A stretch of DNA of 64,000 nucleotides. Source: Microbacterium sp. (GTDB lineage: Bacteria; Actinomycetota; Actinomycetes; Actinomycetales; Microbacteriaceae). Below are positions 1-9,905 of this stretch, in pieces; within the stretch, counting starts at the first letter, position 1, and every line of letters begins with the position of its first letter. The stretch lies in the NCBI RefSeq assembly GCF_017306415.1, contig NZ_JAFKIL010000011.1; one strand, given 5' to 3'. The notes under the pieces were generated by a model. It was not told the DNA's origin. It ran no database searches and worked only from the letters and a program-made list of their open reading frames with translations. The position numbers and the translations under genes are program-made.

Positions 1-1
1 G

Positions 2-505
2 GTCCGCGCGTTCGGCGTCTCGAACCACACTCCGCGCCAGATCGACCTGCTGAAGACCGCGGTGACCCAGCCGATCGTGGCGAACCAGCTCCAGCTGTCG
101 ATCACGCACTCGCCGATCGTCGCGCAGGGCGTGGCGGCCAACATGGCGGGCCTCGAGCAGTCGATCACGCTCGACGGCGGCGGTATCCTCGACTACTGCC
201 GCATCAACCGCATCACGGTGCAGGCGTGGTCGCCGTTCCAGGGCGGCTTCTTCACCGGGGCGTTCCTGGGGTCGGACGAGTACGCCGAGCTGAACGCCGT
301 CATCGACCGCCTCGCCGCGCAGTACGACGTGCCGCCCATCGCGATCGCCACCGCCTGGATCACGCGCCACCCCGCGAAGATGCAGGTCGTGCTCGGCACG
401 ACGACGCCCGAGCGGGTCGCGGGTGCGGCGCAGGGGTCGGACATCCCACTCACGCGCGCGGAGTGGTACGAGCTGTTCCGCGCCGCCGGCTACCGCGTGC
501 CGTAG
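2..505 (+). CDS. Aldo/keto reductase, C-terminal part (gene starts before the window)
   Basis: Frame open from base 2: VRAFGVSNHTPRQIDLL...NQLQLS...QAWSP...IATAW...VLGTTTPER, typical AKR C-terminal motifs. Confidence 0.85.
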   Translation, partial: VRAFGVSNHTPRQIDLLKTAVTQPIVANQLQLSITHSPIVAQGVAANMAGLEQSITLDGGGILDYCRINRITVQAWSPFQGGFFTGAFLGSDEYAELNAVIDRLAAQYDVPPIAIATAWITRHPAKMQVVLGTTTPERVAGAAQGSDIPLTRAEWYELFRAAGYRVP

Positions 506-558
506 GCGCGGAGTCGGTCCGCGCCGTCGGATCGTCTCGCCCACGTAGCATCGACGGC

Positions 559-1398
559 ATGCGCACCGCGGCGATCCTCTGGCGTTCGACGCACCCGGGA
601 CCGACCGTCGTCGTCACGATCGTCGCGTTCGCGCTCGGACTGTCGGTGGGGCTGGATGCCGGGCGGCTGGCGATCCTCACCGGGTCCGTGCTGCTCGGCC
701 AGGTGTCGATCGGGCTGTCCAACGACGTGATCGACGCCCCGCGCGACCGGACGATCGGGCGTCGCGACAAGCCGCTCACCGCGGACGGTGCGCCCGTGCG
801 AGCGGCGTGGATCTCGGCGTTCGTCGCGGCCATCGTCGCGCTGGCGCTGTCGGCTGCGCTCGGATGGGGTCTCGCCCTCGCGCACGCGGTGTTCCTCGCC
901 TCGGGATGGGCCTACAACGCGCGGCTGAAGTCGACGATCTGGTCGGCTGCATGCTTCGTCGTGGGGTTCGGCACGTTTCCCTCGCTCGCGTTCCTGGCCC
1001 TCCCGGATCCGCGCGTCGCTCCGCTCTGGGCATGGATCGCGGGCGCCACGCTCGGCGTCGCCATCCACTTCTCCAACGTGCTGCCCGATCTCGAGGACGA
1101 CGCGCGCACCGGCGTCCGGGGACTCCCCCATCGGATCGGCGCGCGCGGCTCGTCGATCATCGCCTTCGGCGCGCTCATCGCCGGGGCCGCGGCCGCGGTC
1201 GTCGGCCCGGCCCTCGCGGCGGGCGCACCGGTCGCCGCGACGTCGTGGGTGGCCGGCGGCGCGGTCGTCGCCGTCTCGGCGTGGGGCCTCGCCGCGACGA
1301 TCACGCGCGGACCGAGCCGGCTGTCGTTCCGGCTCGTGATGCTGTCGGCGCTGCTCCTCGCGGCTCAGCTGGTCGTCACGACGTGGCTCGGCCGCTGA
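559..1398 (+). CDS. UbiA-family prenyltransferase
   Basis: ATG at 559 (MRTAAILWRSTHPGP); Asp-rich motifs SNDVIDAPRD and NVLPDLEDD; multiple TM segments; converges on the PKS operon. Confidence 0.85.
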   Translation: MRTAAILWRSTHPGPTVVVTIVAFALGLSVGLDAGRLAILTGSVLLGQVSIGLSNDVIDAPRDRTIGRRDKPLTADGAPVRAAWISAFVAAIVALALSAALGWGLALAHAVFLASGWAYNARLKSTIWSAACFVVGFGTFPSLAFLALPDPRVAPLWAWIAGATLGVAIHFSNVLPDLEDDARTGVRGLPHRIGARGSSIIAFGALIAGAAAAVVGPALAAGAPVAATSWVAGGAVVAVSAWGLAATITRGPSRLSFRLVMLSALLLAAQLVVTTWLGR

Positions 1399-2587
1399 GC
1401 GGACGCGAGGCCGCGCGGTCGAACCCCATCGCGTAGGCGCGGGCGAGGACGGTGCGCGCGGGCGTCGTCATCGCCACGCGGAACGCACCCGTCGTGACGC
1501 GATGCGCAACCGGGGAGCGGGGCCTGCCGAGGGCGGTGTTCAGCCCCGCCATCAACCCCGCGGCCCGCGCCGAGACCAGCCGGTCGCGCTCCCAGCGGGC
1601 GAGCGCCGCCGCCGGCTCCTCGCCGCGCAGCCACTCCACGAGGAGCGGGGCGAGCGTCGCCGCGTCGAGCAGGCCGAGGTTCATCCCCTGACCGCCCATC
1701 GGACTCACCTCGTGGGCGGTGTCGCCGATCGCCACAACGCGGCCCACCCGCATCCGCCGCGCCAACGCCCGACGGATGCCGAACGTCGTCGCCCGCTCGA
1801 TCATCCCCGCGAGCGCGACCCCGCCCCCGCGCTGCGCGACCGCGGTCCGCAGACGCTCGAGCTCGCTCGCACCACCGGGCGCATCCGCCGCGGCCGCCGC
1901 CGACGTCATCGCCGCGTCAACGCCGTCCCACGCCACGAGCCGGCGTCCGCCGCCGGGGAGCGGGAACGACTCGAGGACGCCGGCCGGGTCGAGGGCGACA
2001 ATGGCGACGTCGTCCGGCTCGCCGGTGGGACCGGGCACGTCGGCCATGACGTAGCGATCGCGGTAGCCGCGCTCGCGCACCCCCGCGGCGGGGAGGAGGG
2101 CACGCCCGGGGCGACCTCCCGCGACCACGACGACGCCCGCGCTCAGCACGGCATCGGCGTCGGCGTCCAGCACGACGTCGACGCGGTCGCCGCGGTCCGC
2201 GAGCGCCGTCACGCGGGCTCCGCGGCGCGGCTCCGGACCGCCGTGCGCGACCGCGGCCTCGGTCGCCGGCTGCGGAACCGCGGCCACGAACGGGAAGCGC
2301 ACCGGCAGCCGGTCGAACCGGATGTCGCCGAGCACCCGCCCGCCCGACACGGCGAGGCCGCGCGGGATGCGCACCGCGTGCGCGAGCAGCCGGTCGGTCG
2401 CACCCGACGCCTCGAGCGCCGCGAGCGTCGGCGCATGCACGCCGATCGCACGGCTCCCCGCCACCGCTTCCGCCCGCGCCTCGAGCAGGACGACGTCCAG
2501 CCCCCGGCGCTGCAGCTCCGCCGCCGCGAAGAGGCCGGTCGGGCCGGCGCCGATCACGACCACGTCGTGGTCCACGCGCGCGCTCAC
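1376..2587 (-). CDS. FAD-dependent monooxygenase
   Basis: GTG at 2587 overlapping the upstream stop (GTGA); VVVIGAGPTG Rossmann motif and GDTAHEVSPMGGQGMNLG motif. Confidence 0.9.
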   Translation of the reverse strand: MSARVDHDVVVIGAGPTGLFAAAELQRRGLDVVLLEARAEAVAGSRAIGVHAPTLAALEASGATDRLLAHAVRIPRGLAVSGGRVLGDIRFDRLPVRFPFVAAVPQPATEAAVAHGGPEPRRGARVTALADRGDRVDVVLDADADAVLSAGVVVVAGGRPGRALLPAAGVRERGYRDRYVMADVPGPTGEPDDVAIVALDPAGVLESFPLPGGGRRLVAWDGVDAAMTSAAAAADAPGGASELERLRTAVAQRGGGVALAGMIERATTFGIRRALARRMRVGRVVAIGDTAHEVSPMGGQGMNLGLLDAATLAPLLVEWLRGEEPAAALARWERDRLVSARAAGLMAGLNTALGRPRSPVAHRVTTGAFRVAMTTPARTVLARAYAMGFDRAASRPLSGRATS

Positions 2588-3282
2588 GCGGCATCCCCCC
2601 GATGCACGGCGAGCAGCCGGAACGGACGCGCCCGCTCGACGACCCAGCCATCCGGAACGACGGCCGCGAGCTCCGCCGCGGTGTAGCTGCGCCGGATGCT
2701 GCGAAGGCCGTCCGTGCGCAGGAACGAACCGGGCGCCAGCGGCGTGATGCCGACGGCGTAGGCCGCGTAGGCCGCCCGCGAGCGGCGGATGTCGGAGAGC
2801 ACCGCGATGCGCGACGCGAGCGCGGCGCACTCGCCCAGGAACCCCGGGACCCCGTCAGCCGGAAGGTGGTGGAGCACGTGGTTCGAGATGACGACGTCGA
2901 ACCGCGCTCCCTCCCGGAGGAGCGCCGCGCTGTCGATGCGCCGGTACGTCACTCCCGCGACCGGCGCGGCCTCCTCGGCCACCGCGATCGACCGCGCGTC
3001 CGGATCGACACCGACACCCTCGACCGCGAACCCGTCACGCCGGGCGGCTGCCACGACGCGACGCAGGACGTCGCCGCCGCCGCATCCGACATCGAGGATG
3101 CGCGCGGGGCCGGATGCCGCGGCGAGCGCGGGACGGATGTGCGTGCGGTAGACGCGGCCCCATCCCGAGACGAGCGGGTTGAGCGTGCGGAACCGCCGGA
3201 GCGTGCGACGCAGCTGCACCGGGTCGCACGCCGGGTCGTCCATCAGCTCGACGAGGTCCGCGTCGCGCGCGTGGAGGCTCAC
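2584..3282 (-). CDS. Class I SAM-dependent methyltransferase
   Basis: ILDVGCGGGD motif I; FDVVISNHVLHH; 4-nt overlaps with both neighbours. Confidence 0.9.
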   Translation of the reverse strand: MSLHARDADLVELMDDPACDPVQLRRTLRRFRTLNPLVSGWGRVYRTHIRPALAAASGPARILDVGCGGGDVLRRVVAAARRDGFAVEGVGVDPDARSIAVAEEAAPVAGVTYRRIDSAALLREGARFDVVISNHVLHHLPADGVPGFLGECAALASRIAVLSDIRRSRAAYAAYAVGITPLAPGSFLRTDGLRSIRRSYTAAELAAVVPDGWVVERARPFRLLAVHRGDAA

Positions 3283-4454
3283 GCCGGCGCCCGCCGCGTG
3301 AGCCGGGCCGTCTCGACCGTGAGCCCGGGTCCGAAACCGAGTGCGACGATCGTCGCTCCGTCGGCGAGCGCATCGTCGGCGAGCAGGCGCTGCAGGATGA
3401 ACATGACCGTCGCGCTCGACATGTTGCCGTGCGCGCGGAGCACCTCGCGGGAGGTCGACATCGCGTCGTCGGACAGGCCGAGCCCGGACTGCACGCGGTC
3501 GAGGACGCTCCGACCGCCGGGATGGATGGCCCAGGCGTCGACGGCATCCGGAGCCGTGTCGCCGATCGTCGGACGCACGGCGTCGCGGATCTCCCGCCCC
3601 ACGATGCGCGGCACGTCGGCGGTGAGCACCATCCGGAACCCCTCGTCCCCGATCGTCCAGTCCATGGCGGACTCGCCGTCATCGGTGATGGCGGTGGAGA
3701 AGGCGTCGAGCTCGAGCCGCGGGCCGGGGGTGCGCGCCGGGGCGGCGCTGACGACCGCCGCCGCCGCGCCGTCCGCGAACACGGCGGCCGCCACGATCTG
3801 ATCCGGGTCGGAGGATGCCCGCAGGTGCAGCGAGCAGAGCTCCGCGCTTACGACCAGCACCACGGCGTCCGGCTGCGCGGCGCAGATGTGCCCCGCGGTG
3901 CGCAGAGCCGGGAGGGCGGCGGAGCAGCCCATGAAGCCGAGATGCGTGCGCTCGACGGTGACCGGGATGCCGAGGTCGCGCACCAGGCGGAAGTCCGGGC
4001 CGGGGGCGAAGAAGCCGGTGCACGAGACCGTCACGACGTGCGTGACCTCCGCGGCGGCCATCCCCGCGCGGGCGAGGGCGTCAGCGGCGGCGGCCGCGAA
4101 GAGACCGGGCGCCTCGCGCCGGTAGACGGCGTTGCGGACGCCGGTGAGCGGAGACAGCACTCGCCCGTCGGCGTCGAGGAACACGTGCTCGTGGTCGTCG
4201 GGGCGCGGGCCGTCGGGATCGCGGGTTTCGCGGGGTTCGCCGGGTTCGAGCTCGCCGAGCTCGGCGATGACCGTGGCGCGCCGGTCGATGGCGGCGCCGT
4301 CGAACGCCGCGCGGATGAGGCGCGCGCCCAGGCGGTCCACGCCCGGCTGGGCGGCGAACAGGTCGCGGATCGACGACTGCGCGAGCGTCGTCGCGGGCCG
4401 GGCCGTTCCGATCGAGACGATCGCGGGACGGTGCGCGGGTACGGGGTCGTTCAG
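3279..4454 (-). CDS. Type III polyketide synthase (probable CTG start)
   Basis: Catalytic triad contexts FMGCSAA, WAIHPGG, GNMSSAT; frame extends 5' of the tracked GTG (4340) through PAIVSIGTARP to a CTG at 4454 preceded by GGAGG. Confidence 0.9.
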   Translation of the reverse strand: MNDPVPAHRPAIVSIGTARPATTLAQSSIRDLFAAQPGVDRLGARLIRAAFDGAAIDRRATVIAELGELEPGEPRETRDPDGPRPDDHEHVFLDADGRVLSPLTGVRNAVYRREAPGLFAAAAADALARAGMAAAEVTHVVTVSCTGFFAPGPDFRLVRDLGIPVTVERTHLGFMGCSAALPALRTAGHICAAQPDAVVLVVSAELCSLHLRASSDPDQIVAAAVFADGAAAAVVSAAPARTPGPRLELDAFSTAITDDGESAMDWTIGDEGFRMVLTADVPRIVGREIRDAVRPTIGDTAPDAVDAWAIHPGGRSVLDRVQSGLGLSDDAMSTSREVLRAHGNMSSATVMFILQRLLADDALADGATIVALGFGPGLTVETARLTRRAPA

Positions 4455-4575
4455 AGCGGGACCTCCACTTTGCGGCGCGGGCGGACCCGGGAGCCGACCG
4501 TCGCTCTCACCCTAAGTCGCCGCGACCGACCGTGGGCAGTCCTTGACACGGTCGTGCGTCGCCGACCACGACCCG

Positions 4576-5181
4576 TCAGAGGTGGTCGCGCGCCCACAGC
4601 GCCGCGCTCGTACGGTCGGCGACGCCGATCTCGCGGAAGATGCGTCCCAGGTGCGCCTTCACCGTCGCCTCGCTGATGCCGAGCGCCGACGCGATCTGCT
4701 TGTTCGCGCGCCCCTCGGTCACCAGCTGCAGCACCTGCCGCTCGCGCGCGCTGAGGCCGTGCGCGGGATCCCCCGTCGGCAGCAGTGCGCCCGCCACCCG
4801 AGGGTCGAGCGGCGCGAAACCCGCCTGGACGGCGCGCACCGCCGCCCGCAGTTCGGCGGGCTCGGCATCCTTCAGCTGGTATCCCACCGCCCCCGCCTCG
4901 ATCGCACGGCGTACGCGGTCGCGATCGGTGAACGACGTCAGGACGAGGACGCGCGTGCCCGGCGCCGCGTCGCGCACGGCGCGGGTCGCGGCGACGCCGT
5001 CCATGACCGGCATCGAGAGGTCCATCACGACCACGTCCGGATCGTGCCCGCGGACGAGGTCGACGGCCTCCGCGCCGTTCGCGGCGGCACCCACCACCTC
5101 GATGTCGCCGTCCGCCGCGAGCACGGAGGCCAGGCCCTCGCGGACCATCGCATGGTCGTCGACCACCAGCACGCGGATCAC
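4576..5181 (-). CDS. NarL/LuxR-family response regulator
   Basis: IRVLVVDDHAMVREG, VVVMDLSMP receiver motifs; C-terminal LSARERQVL...NKQIA...TVKAH HTH. Confidence 0.92.
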   Translation of the reverse strand: MIRVLVVDDHAMVREGLASVLAADGDIEVVGAAANGAEAVDLVRGHDPDVVVMDLSMPVMDGVAATRAVRDAAPGTRVLVLTSFTDRDRVRRAIEAGAVGYQLKDAEPAELRAAVRAVQAGFAPLDPRVAGALLPTGDPAHGLSARERQVLQLVTEGRANKQIASALGISEATVKAHLGRIFREIGVADRTSAALWARDHL

Positions 5182-6608
5182 GACGCCGCCTCCGCCGGCG
5201 CGGACGCCGGGAGCCGGAGGCGCCAGCGCGTCCCCTCCCCCGGCGCGGTCGCGAGGGACAGCTCGGCGCCGGCCTGCGCCGCGAGGTCGACGAGGACGCG
5301 CGTACCGAGATGGCCGCCCGTGGGCTCCGCGCCGAGCACCGCCGGATCGAAGCCGGGGCCGTCGTCCTCCACCTCCAGTTCGAGGTCGTCGCCGGCACGG
5401 TGCAGCCGGATGACGACGCGGCAGGGTGCCGCGTGCGTCACCGCGTTGCGCAGCGCCTCCTGCGCGACGCGGTAGAGGAGCTGCTCGTCTGCCGCCGGGA
5501 GCCCTTCCCACGCGGTCGGCACGTCGAGCTCGACCGCCACCCCTCGGCTGCGCGCGGTCGCGGCGAGGTCGTCCAGCGCGTGGCCGAGGCCCGCCGCGCT
5601 GAGCCCGGGAGGGTAGATGTCCATCAGCAGCGACCGCAGCACGCGGACATCCCCGCGGACGGCGGCCGCGGCATCCCTGAGCCGCGTCGCCGACTCGTGC
5701 TCGCCGCGCCGGGCTTCGGCATCCGCCGCGCTCTCGACCGCGAGGCTCGTCGCCACGAGGTCCTGCACCGGTCCGTCGTGGAGCGTCCCCGCAATGCGGC
5801 GGCGCTCCGCATCGGATGCCTCGACCGCGTGCTGGAGCAGCGCGGCACGCCGGCGCTCCTCGTCGCGCACGCGGCGCAGGAGCCCCCACACGATCGGCGC
5901 GGTGAGCACGGCCAGCAGGAGGAGGCTGCTCGTCGTCACGCCCGCGAAGCCCCGCCACAGGTCGGCCGACCGCGCCGCCACCGGGTCGTACGGCAGGTAC
6001 ACCTCGAACAGCAGCTCGCGGCCGTCGGGCACCCACACCGGTCGATAGACCTCGAGGAGGCGCGAGCCGGTCTCGAACTCGTTCTCCTTCTCGGACAGGT
6101 CGGACACGGCGGCCCGGGTCGACGGATGCGCGAGCGCCTCGCGCTGCGCGTCGTCCAGCGCGAACGAGCGCCCGATCAGCGCGGGCTCGTCGGCGTACAG
6201 CACAACCCCGTCGGGGCTCCACAGCTTCACGCGGACGACGCCGTCGCCGAGCACCTGGTCGCGCACGATCCGGTCGAACTGCGCCACAGCGGCGGCGTCG
6301 CCGTCGGCGAGCGCCGTCGTCAACGCGGGCTGGACCACCGCCTCGGCCAGCACATCCGTCACGGTCGCCGCATCGTTGACGGCCTCGCGCTCGGCCAGCC
6401 ACTGGGCCGCCCAGGCCGCGAGCACGAGGACGACGGCGAGCACAGCGACGAGACCGGCGGCCAGGCGGATGACGATGGTGCGGGTCCGAGGCGGGCGCCG
6501 CCGCGCGGTCTCGGCGCGCGCTGCGGCGACGAGGACGATCCAGGGCACGCGCGACTCCTCGACCACCGGATCGGCGGCCGAGGAGAGCGCGGCATCGGCA
6601 GAGGTCAC
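5178..6608 (-). CDS. Sensor histidine kinase (HisKA_3 type)
   Basis: Two TM segments; ERRRIAGTLHDGPVQ H-box; QEALRNAVTHA N-box; EDDGPGFD and GHLG G-boxes. Confidence 0.92.
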   Translation of the reverse strand: MTSADAALSSAADPVVEESRVPWIVLVAAARAETARRRPPRTRTIVIRLAAGLVAVLAVVLVLAAWAAQWLAEREAVNDAATVTDVLAEAVVQPALTTALADGDAAAVAQFDRIVRDQVLGDGVVRVKLWSPDGVVLYADEPALIGRSFALDDAQREALAHPSTRAAVSDLSEKENEFETGSRLLEVYRPVWVPDGRELLFEVYLPYDPVAARSADLWRGFAGVTTSSLLLLAVLTAPIVWGLLRRVRDEERRRAALLQHAVEASDAERRRIAGTLHDGPVQDLVATSLAVESAADAEARRGEHESATRLRDAAAAVRGDVRVLRSLLMDIYPPGLSAAGLGHALDDLAATARSRGVAVELDVPTAWEGLPAADEQLLYRVAQEALRNAVTHAAPCRVVIRLHRAGDDLELEVEDDGPGFDPAVLGAEPTGGHLGTRVLVDLAAQAGAELSLATAPGEGTRWRLRLPASAPAEAAS

Positions 6609-7085
6609 TCAGTCGTCACCACCGTGGCCGCCGTGACCGGAGCCGCCGTGGTCGTCACCGGCGGCGTCGTCACCACCGTGCCCGGAGGAGCCGGAGCCCG
6701 AGGTGCCCGAGCCGGAGGAGCCCGAGCCCGAGCCGGAGGTGCCCGAGGTGCCCGAGCCGTTCACGTCCCGGTCGTCGCCCGGCTCGGTGCGCTGGTCGCG
6801 CGGGGCGTCGCCGCCGTGGTCGTCGGCGGACTCGGAGGGACGCGGGGTCGCCGTGGCGCCGCCGTTTCCGCGGCGATCGTCGCCCGGCTCCGTGCGCTGG
6901 TCGCGTGGGGTCGCGCCGCCGTGGTCGTCGACCGTGGGGCTGGGGGTCGGCGTCACGACCTGTCCGGACGCGGGGACGCGGACGGGAACGGACTGCGCGA
7001 ACGACGCGTTGCCCCACAGCCCCACCACGGCGGGCACGGCGACGACGACGAGGGCACCCGCGGCGAGGAGGATTCGGTTTCTCAT
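6609..7085 (-). CDS. Small secreted Asp/His/Gly-rich protein with internal repeats
   Basis: Signal-like N-terminus; two copies of DDHGGxxPRDQRTEPGDDR; Gly/Ser linker; terminal HGGDD motifs; stop abuts the kinase start. Confidence 0.75.
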   Translation of the reverse strand: MRNRILLAAGALVVVAVPAVVGLWGNASFAQSVPVRVPASGQVVTPTPSPTVDDHGGATPRDQRTEPGDDRRGNGGATATPRPSESADDHGGDAPRDQRTEPGDDRDVNGSGTSGTSGSGSGSSGSGTSGSGSSGHGGDDAAGDDHGGSGHGGHGGDD

Positions 7086-7342
7086 GTTCAGACCTTTCGC
7101 TCATTCTGTCCCGCGAGACGGCTTCGGCGAAGCGCGGGTCGTTCGGTACTCCTTCACACTCGTCGGATCCGCACGCGGCCACCATTGGACGATGGTCGTA
7201 CGACCTGCGCGGCTACCCCACCCGGCACCCGCCTGTCAAGGCGATGGGCGGTCGGCCGGGGATGCGCCACGATCGACCGCGGGTGCCCGCTCCCGGTGGG
7301 TGCCGCGCGCCGCACCACGGCGCGTCGAAAGGAGAGCCCCTC

Positions 7343-7597
7343 GTGAGCATCGGAACCGGAATCGTCCTCTTCGTGATCGGTGCGATCCTCGCCTTCGCGG
7401 TGAACGTGCAGGTGTCGTGGATCGACCTCCACCTCGTCGGCTACATCCTGATGGGTGCCGGCGTGATCGTCTTCCTCATCGGCATCGTGCTGCTCGTGCG
7501 CAAGCGCTCGACCGTCGCGACGACGCGCACCGTCGACTCCGCGGGTCGCGAGCAGGTGACGCAGCAGCGGTCGGAGAGCGACCCCGGCGTCTACTGA
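7343..7597 (+). CDS. Small two-TM membrane protein (DUF6458-like)
   Basis: GTG 7343 after GGAG; SIGTGIVLFVIGAILAFAV...LVGYILMGAG pattern. Confidence 0.75.
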   Translation: MSIGTGIVLFVIGAILAFAVNVQVSWIDLHLVGYILMGAGVIVFLIGIVLLVRKRSTVATTRTVDSAGREQVTQQRSESDPGVY

Positions 7598-7772
7598 CCC
7601 GCGCCCTCGATTCGGGCTTCGGTCGCAGGTCGTCGCCGTCCGGCCCGGGGGGCGCTGGACGACGCCCTGCGACCGGGATCCGTCATTTGCTCCCGACGGT
7701 GATGGGCCGCGATCCGCGGGGTGTCGCGTGAGACCAGCGCCGCGGGCATCCGTCGCCGCGGGCATCCGTCGC

Positions 7773-7784
7773 AAAACACGGACC
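7773..7784 (-). repeat. Copy of dispersed intergenic motif GGTCCG(C/T)GTTTT
   Basis: AAAACACGGACC here; further copies at 53379-53394, 58711-58723, 60171-60187 and 60241-60257. Confidence 0.55.
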
Positions 7785-7896
7785 GAGCCGCCCGACACGC
7801 GGCAGACCGGCCCGCGTCGACGGCGCGCCGCCAGGCTGATCCGCGAAATCGCACGCCGTCATGCGCCCGCGACGGCGGTGAGCCGCGATCCGCGGC

Positions 7897-8190
7897 TCAG
7901 TACCCCTCGGGCTTGGTCGCCACGCCGTCGAGCCAGAGGTGATCCTTCGGGTCGGAGTGGACGCCGTCCGTCCCGACGTGCTTCGTCGAGATCTGCGGCC
8001 CCTTCGTGATGACGTGCACGAGCGCCATGGCGTGACCTCGCCCGAGACCGTAGTCGTCCGCCAGCCACTGGACGATCGGTGTGGCTTTCGTGCTCTCGTC
8101 GAAGCCCTTCTCGTGGGCGAGGGCGACGAACTGCCGCGGGGTGAGCCCCGTCTTCGCCTCGATGTTGTCGAGGTAGGCCTGGAACGTCAT
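7897..8190 (-). CDS. DUF4287-like small protein
   Basis: ATG 8190 after GGAGAG; MTFQAYLDNIEAKTG...WLADDYGLGRGHAMALVH. Confidence 0.8.
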   Translation of the reverse strand: MTFQAYLDNIEAKTGLTPRQFVALAHEKGFDESTKATPIVQWLADDYGLGRGHAMALVHVITKGPQISTKHVGTDGVHSDPKDHLWLDGVATKPEGY

Positions 8191-8314
8191 GTCTCTCCTT
8201 CGGGGAGCGCGGATGGGATGCCGAGCACCTCGATCCTCCTGTGCGACGGCACGGGTGTCCACTGTCGGTGGTGGTGTCGTACGGTGGACCCATCGGCCGG
8301 GGAGAGGGGATCCC

Positions 8315-8590
8315 GTGGCCGAGTGGCATCCGATCATGGCCGCCGTCGAGGGCCCGACCGGCACGTGGCGGATGATCGACCCGTCCGGCCGCGAGTACGG
8401 CCGCGTCGAGCTGCGCCGCATCATGAACGGGTCGGATGTGCGCTACAAGGCGATCTGGCGCGGGGACGTGATCGGCTGGGCGACGTCGCTGCGGCTCGCG
8501 TGCGAGCGCATCCATATCGCGTACCTCCGCGCGCACGGTCCGCAGGGCGGCGCCGCCGCCGACTGGGGCGACCGCTCGGCCCGACGCTGA
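8315..8590 (+). CDS. Hypothetical protein
   Basis: GTG 8315; AEWHPIMAAVEGPTGTWRMIDP...; plausible globular composition. Confidence 0.6.
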   Translation: MAEWHPIMAAVEGPTGTWRMIDPSGREYGRVELRRIMNGSDVRYKAIWRGDVIGWATSLRLACERIHIAYLRAHGPQGGAAADWGDRSARR

Positions 8591-8680
8591 GGTCGTGCGG
8601 GGTCGCCCCACCCCGGGCAGACTCGGCGCCGCGCCGCCGTACGATCGAGGCGGGGTCGACCGTGACGTGAGGGGGTTCGG

Positions 8681-9814
8681 ATGCCGCTGGACCCGTTCTT
8701 CGCGGAGCGACTGCGCGTGCATCGCCGCTACCTCATCGCCCAGGCGGTGAAGGGCGTGCGCCGGAGTGTCGGCTCGTGGTGGGGCGCGGTCCGCGCCCAC
8801 GCCCCCGACGGCACGGCGGGCATCGCGCGACGCGCGACGGGGGCCGCGCAGCCCGGCTCGGCGCAGTCCGGCTCGGCCGCGCGGCCCGGCTCGGCGCAGC
8901 CCGGCTCGGCGGCGCGCGCGAAGCACCGTCGTGCGGCGCGCGCGTGGGATCGCGCCGAGCTCGCGAACGTCGGCACGCCCGGCCCCGACGTCGGCATCGA
9001 GGATTTCGAGCTCCCCGTTCCCGGCTACCCGGCCGTGCGCGTGCGCGTCTACCGCCCCGCCGACCTCCCCACGCCGGCGCCCGCGGTCCTCACGTTCTTC
9101 GGCGGCGCCTTCCGCATCGGCGGGATCGACTACCCGACGACGGATGCCGCGAACCGCCGTCGCGCGGTCGCGGCATCCGTCGTCGTGGTCGCCGTCGACT
9201 ACGCCCTCGCGCCCGAGCACCGGTACCCGACGCAGATCGAGCAGGGGCATGCCGCGCTGGAGTGGCTCTTCGACCGGGCGGACGACCTGGGTCTCGACCG
9301 CGAGCGCGTCGCGATCGCCGGAACGTCGGCGGGCGGAGCGATCGCCGCGGCCGTGACGCTCCTCAACCGCGACCGCGCGGGCAGGCGGCTCCGCCTGCAG
9401 GTGCTCGAGGTGCCGGTCGTCGACCTCACCGGGAGGCACATCGACCTGCGGGCGACGTGGGCGCTCCGCATCCCGAGCGTCATCGCGTTCCGCGAGCTGA
9501 CGTCGGTCGCGCGCACCTACCTTCCCTCCCTCGCCGCCGCGCGCGAGCCGCTCGCCTCGCCTCTGCGGGCGGCATCCCACGCCGGACTCCCGCCCGCGCT
9601 CATCCTGACGGCGCAGTACGATCCGCTGCGCGGGAACGGGGCCGCATACGGGGCGGCGCTGCGGTCGAACGGCGTCGAGGCGACGGTGGTGCAGTACCTC
9701 GGCGTCACGCACGACATCCCGATCTTCACCGGCGCCCTGGCCGCCGCCCGGGCGTGGGAGGCGCAGGTCGTCGCGGCACTGCGCTCCCTGCACGATCCCG
9801 ACGTAAACAGTTGA
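8681..9814 (+). CDS. Alpha/beta hydrolase (HSL-like esterase/lipase)
   Basis: FFGGAF oxyanion region, VDYALAPEHRYP, nucleophile GTSAGG, YDPL and HD catalytic residues. Confidence 0.88.
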   Translation: MPLDPFFAERLRVHRRYLIAQAVKGVRRSVGSWWGAVRAHAPDGTAGIARRATGAAQPGSAQSGSAARPGSAQPGSAARAKHRRAARAWDRAELANVGTPGPDVGIEDFELPVPGYPAVRVRVYRPADLPTPAPAVLTFFGGAFRIGGIDYPTTDAANRRRAVAASVVVVAVDYALAPEHRYPTQIEQGHAALEWLFDRADDLGLDRERVAIAGTSAGGAIAAAVTLLNRDRAGRRLRLQVLEVPVVDLTGRHIDLRATWALRIPSVIAFRELTSVARTYLPSLAAAREPLASPLRAASHAGLPPALILTAQYDPLRGNGAAYGAALRSNGVEATVVQYLGVTHDIPIFTGALAAARAWEAQVVAALRSLHDPDVNS

Positions 9815-9905
9815 TAACGAATCACCTGATCGAGGTCGCATTGCGCCATCTTTGACGCGGGGGACCAGCCGGCCCGCCGCCGCATGCCCGCGAGAAGGAC
9901 GGACC

